64,000 nucleotides of DNA, from positions 36,220,464 through 36,284,463 of the forward strand of contig NC_043011.1 of NCBI RefSeq assembly GCF_006345805.1, given 5' to 3'. A program made the translations under genes and the position numbers. Positions within the stretch are counted from its first letter, which is position 1. Every line of letters begins with the position of its first letter. The notes under the pieces were generated by a model. The model had not been told where the DNA came from, ran no database searches, and was given only the letters and a program-made list of their open reading frames with translations. This DNA is from Octopus sinensis. Taxonomy: Eukaryota. Of this stretch, positions 62,824-64,000 are shown in pieces.

Positions 62824-63220
62824 TGTGTGGTAAGTAGCTTGTTTACCATCCGCATGGTTCCGAGTTCAGTCCCACTGCGTGCACCTTGGGCAAGTGTCTT
62901 CTACTATAGCCTTGGGCCGATCAAAGCCTTGTGAGTGGATTTGGTAGACAGAAACTGAAAGAAGCCCGTCGTATATATGTATATATATGTATGTATGTGT
63001 GCGTGTATGTTTGTGTGTCTGTGTTTGTCCCATCCAACATCGCTTGACAACCGATGCTGGTGTGTTTATGTCCCCGTCACTTAGCGGTTCGGCAAAAAGA
63101 GACCGATAGAATAAGTACTGGGCTTACAAAGAATAAGGACCGGGGTCGAGTTGCTCGATTAAAGGTGGTGCTCCAGCATGGCCGCAGTCAAATGACTGAA
63201 ACAAGTAAAAGAGTAAAGAG
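62824..63220 (+). mobile_element. SINE family A (young)
   Basis: Near-consensus, with tail acaagtaaaagagtaaagagt. Confidence 0.93.
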
Positions 63221-63305
63221 TAATATATGCATACATATATACATATCTGCCTATATATATGCATATATATTTATGCGCACGCACACACACACACACATAT
63301 ACATG

Positions 63306-63349
<44 letters not shown>

Positions 63350-64000
63350 CACAGACGCTCATATTTTCCTAAACATGCCTTGATATGCTATCCTATGTAT
63401 CTCTCTTTTCGACTTCTTTATAGATTTTTACTAGTTAAGTACATAACTATTACAAATTTAACATGCTTCACTCTGTAGAATTTTGCCAGGATGATGGTTT
63501 TCTTTGATAACCATGGTATAATCAATCCATTAACCATGCTCTGTTACATGAGATTCTGTCTATTGAGCAGCATAGTGCTACCAATACTGATTATTGGTTT
63601 CAAAGCGAAAGACTATTTATATTACAAAGGTGTTAGCAATATTGCTTTCCTCTAATTCGCATCTCCTCCATCTATCTCTCCCTTCCTCCCTTCCTGTCCT
63701 TCTCACGTTTGCAATCTTTCTTTTTCTCTCTCGCTCTCTCTCACCCTGTTCTTTAACTCTACCCAGACCACTTGATCGTCACTTTAGCTTGTGTTAAAAG
63801 TAAAGAGGTCTTCCACTTGACCAAGACAATCGATAGAGAATTACTTCTTCGTCAGATTAAAGAGTTACGATTATCAAAAAAAAAAAAGAAAAAAAGAAAA
63901 GAAAGCAAAAAACAAAAAAAGCATCTAAATAATGCGATAATGCGTCACTGCTTCTGAGTTTTCCAGCTTATTTACACTTGCTGTTATTAAGTTAGTAAAA

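Overview
Eukaryotic, AT-rich, repeat-saturated non-coding (intergenic or intronic) DNA. The SINE families and microsatellite load look like a coleoid cephalopod (Octopus-like) genome; this rests on recalled repeat families, not a database search. No host protein-coding gene can be supported, and most ORF-track entries are microsatellite or antisense artefacts. The window holds five SINE-type families (called A-E here), relics of CR1, RTE, CRE, Gypsy, hAT and mariner elements, a solo LTR, several MITEs, a non-autonomous Helitron and a mariner-MITE tandem array. The most striking signal is a set of type I hammerhead ribozyme (HHR) motifs: two well-formed full motifs (62021-62113 +, 26117-26208 -), minimal motifs (10967-11001 -, 24808-24842 -, 10160-10205 -) and decayed ones (10461-10561 +, 12473-12506 +). 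Most sit in short ORF-less elements embedded in (TA)n/(CA)n tracts. One lies in the pseudo-LTR of a Penelope-like element (59741-62323) whose RT half is inverted relative to its GIY-YIG half, in twin-priming geometry. Several young fold-back inverted duplications also cluster at microsatellites. Boundaries are hand-counted and approximate unless TSDs or TIRs are quoted.
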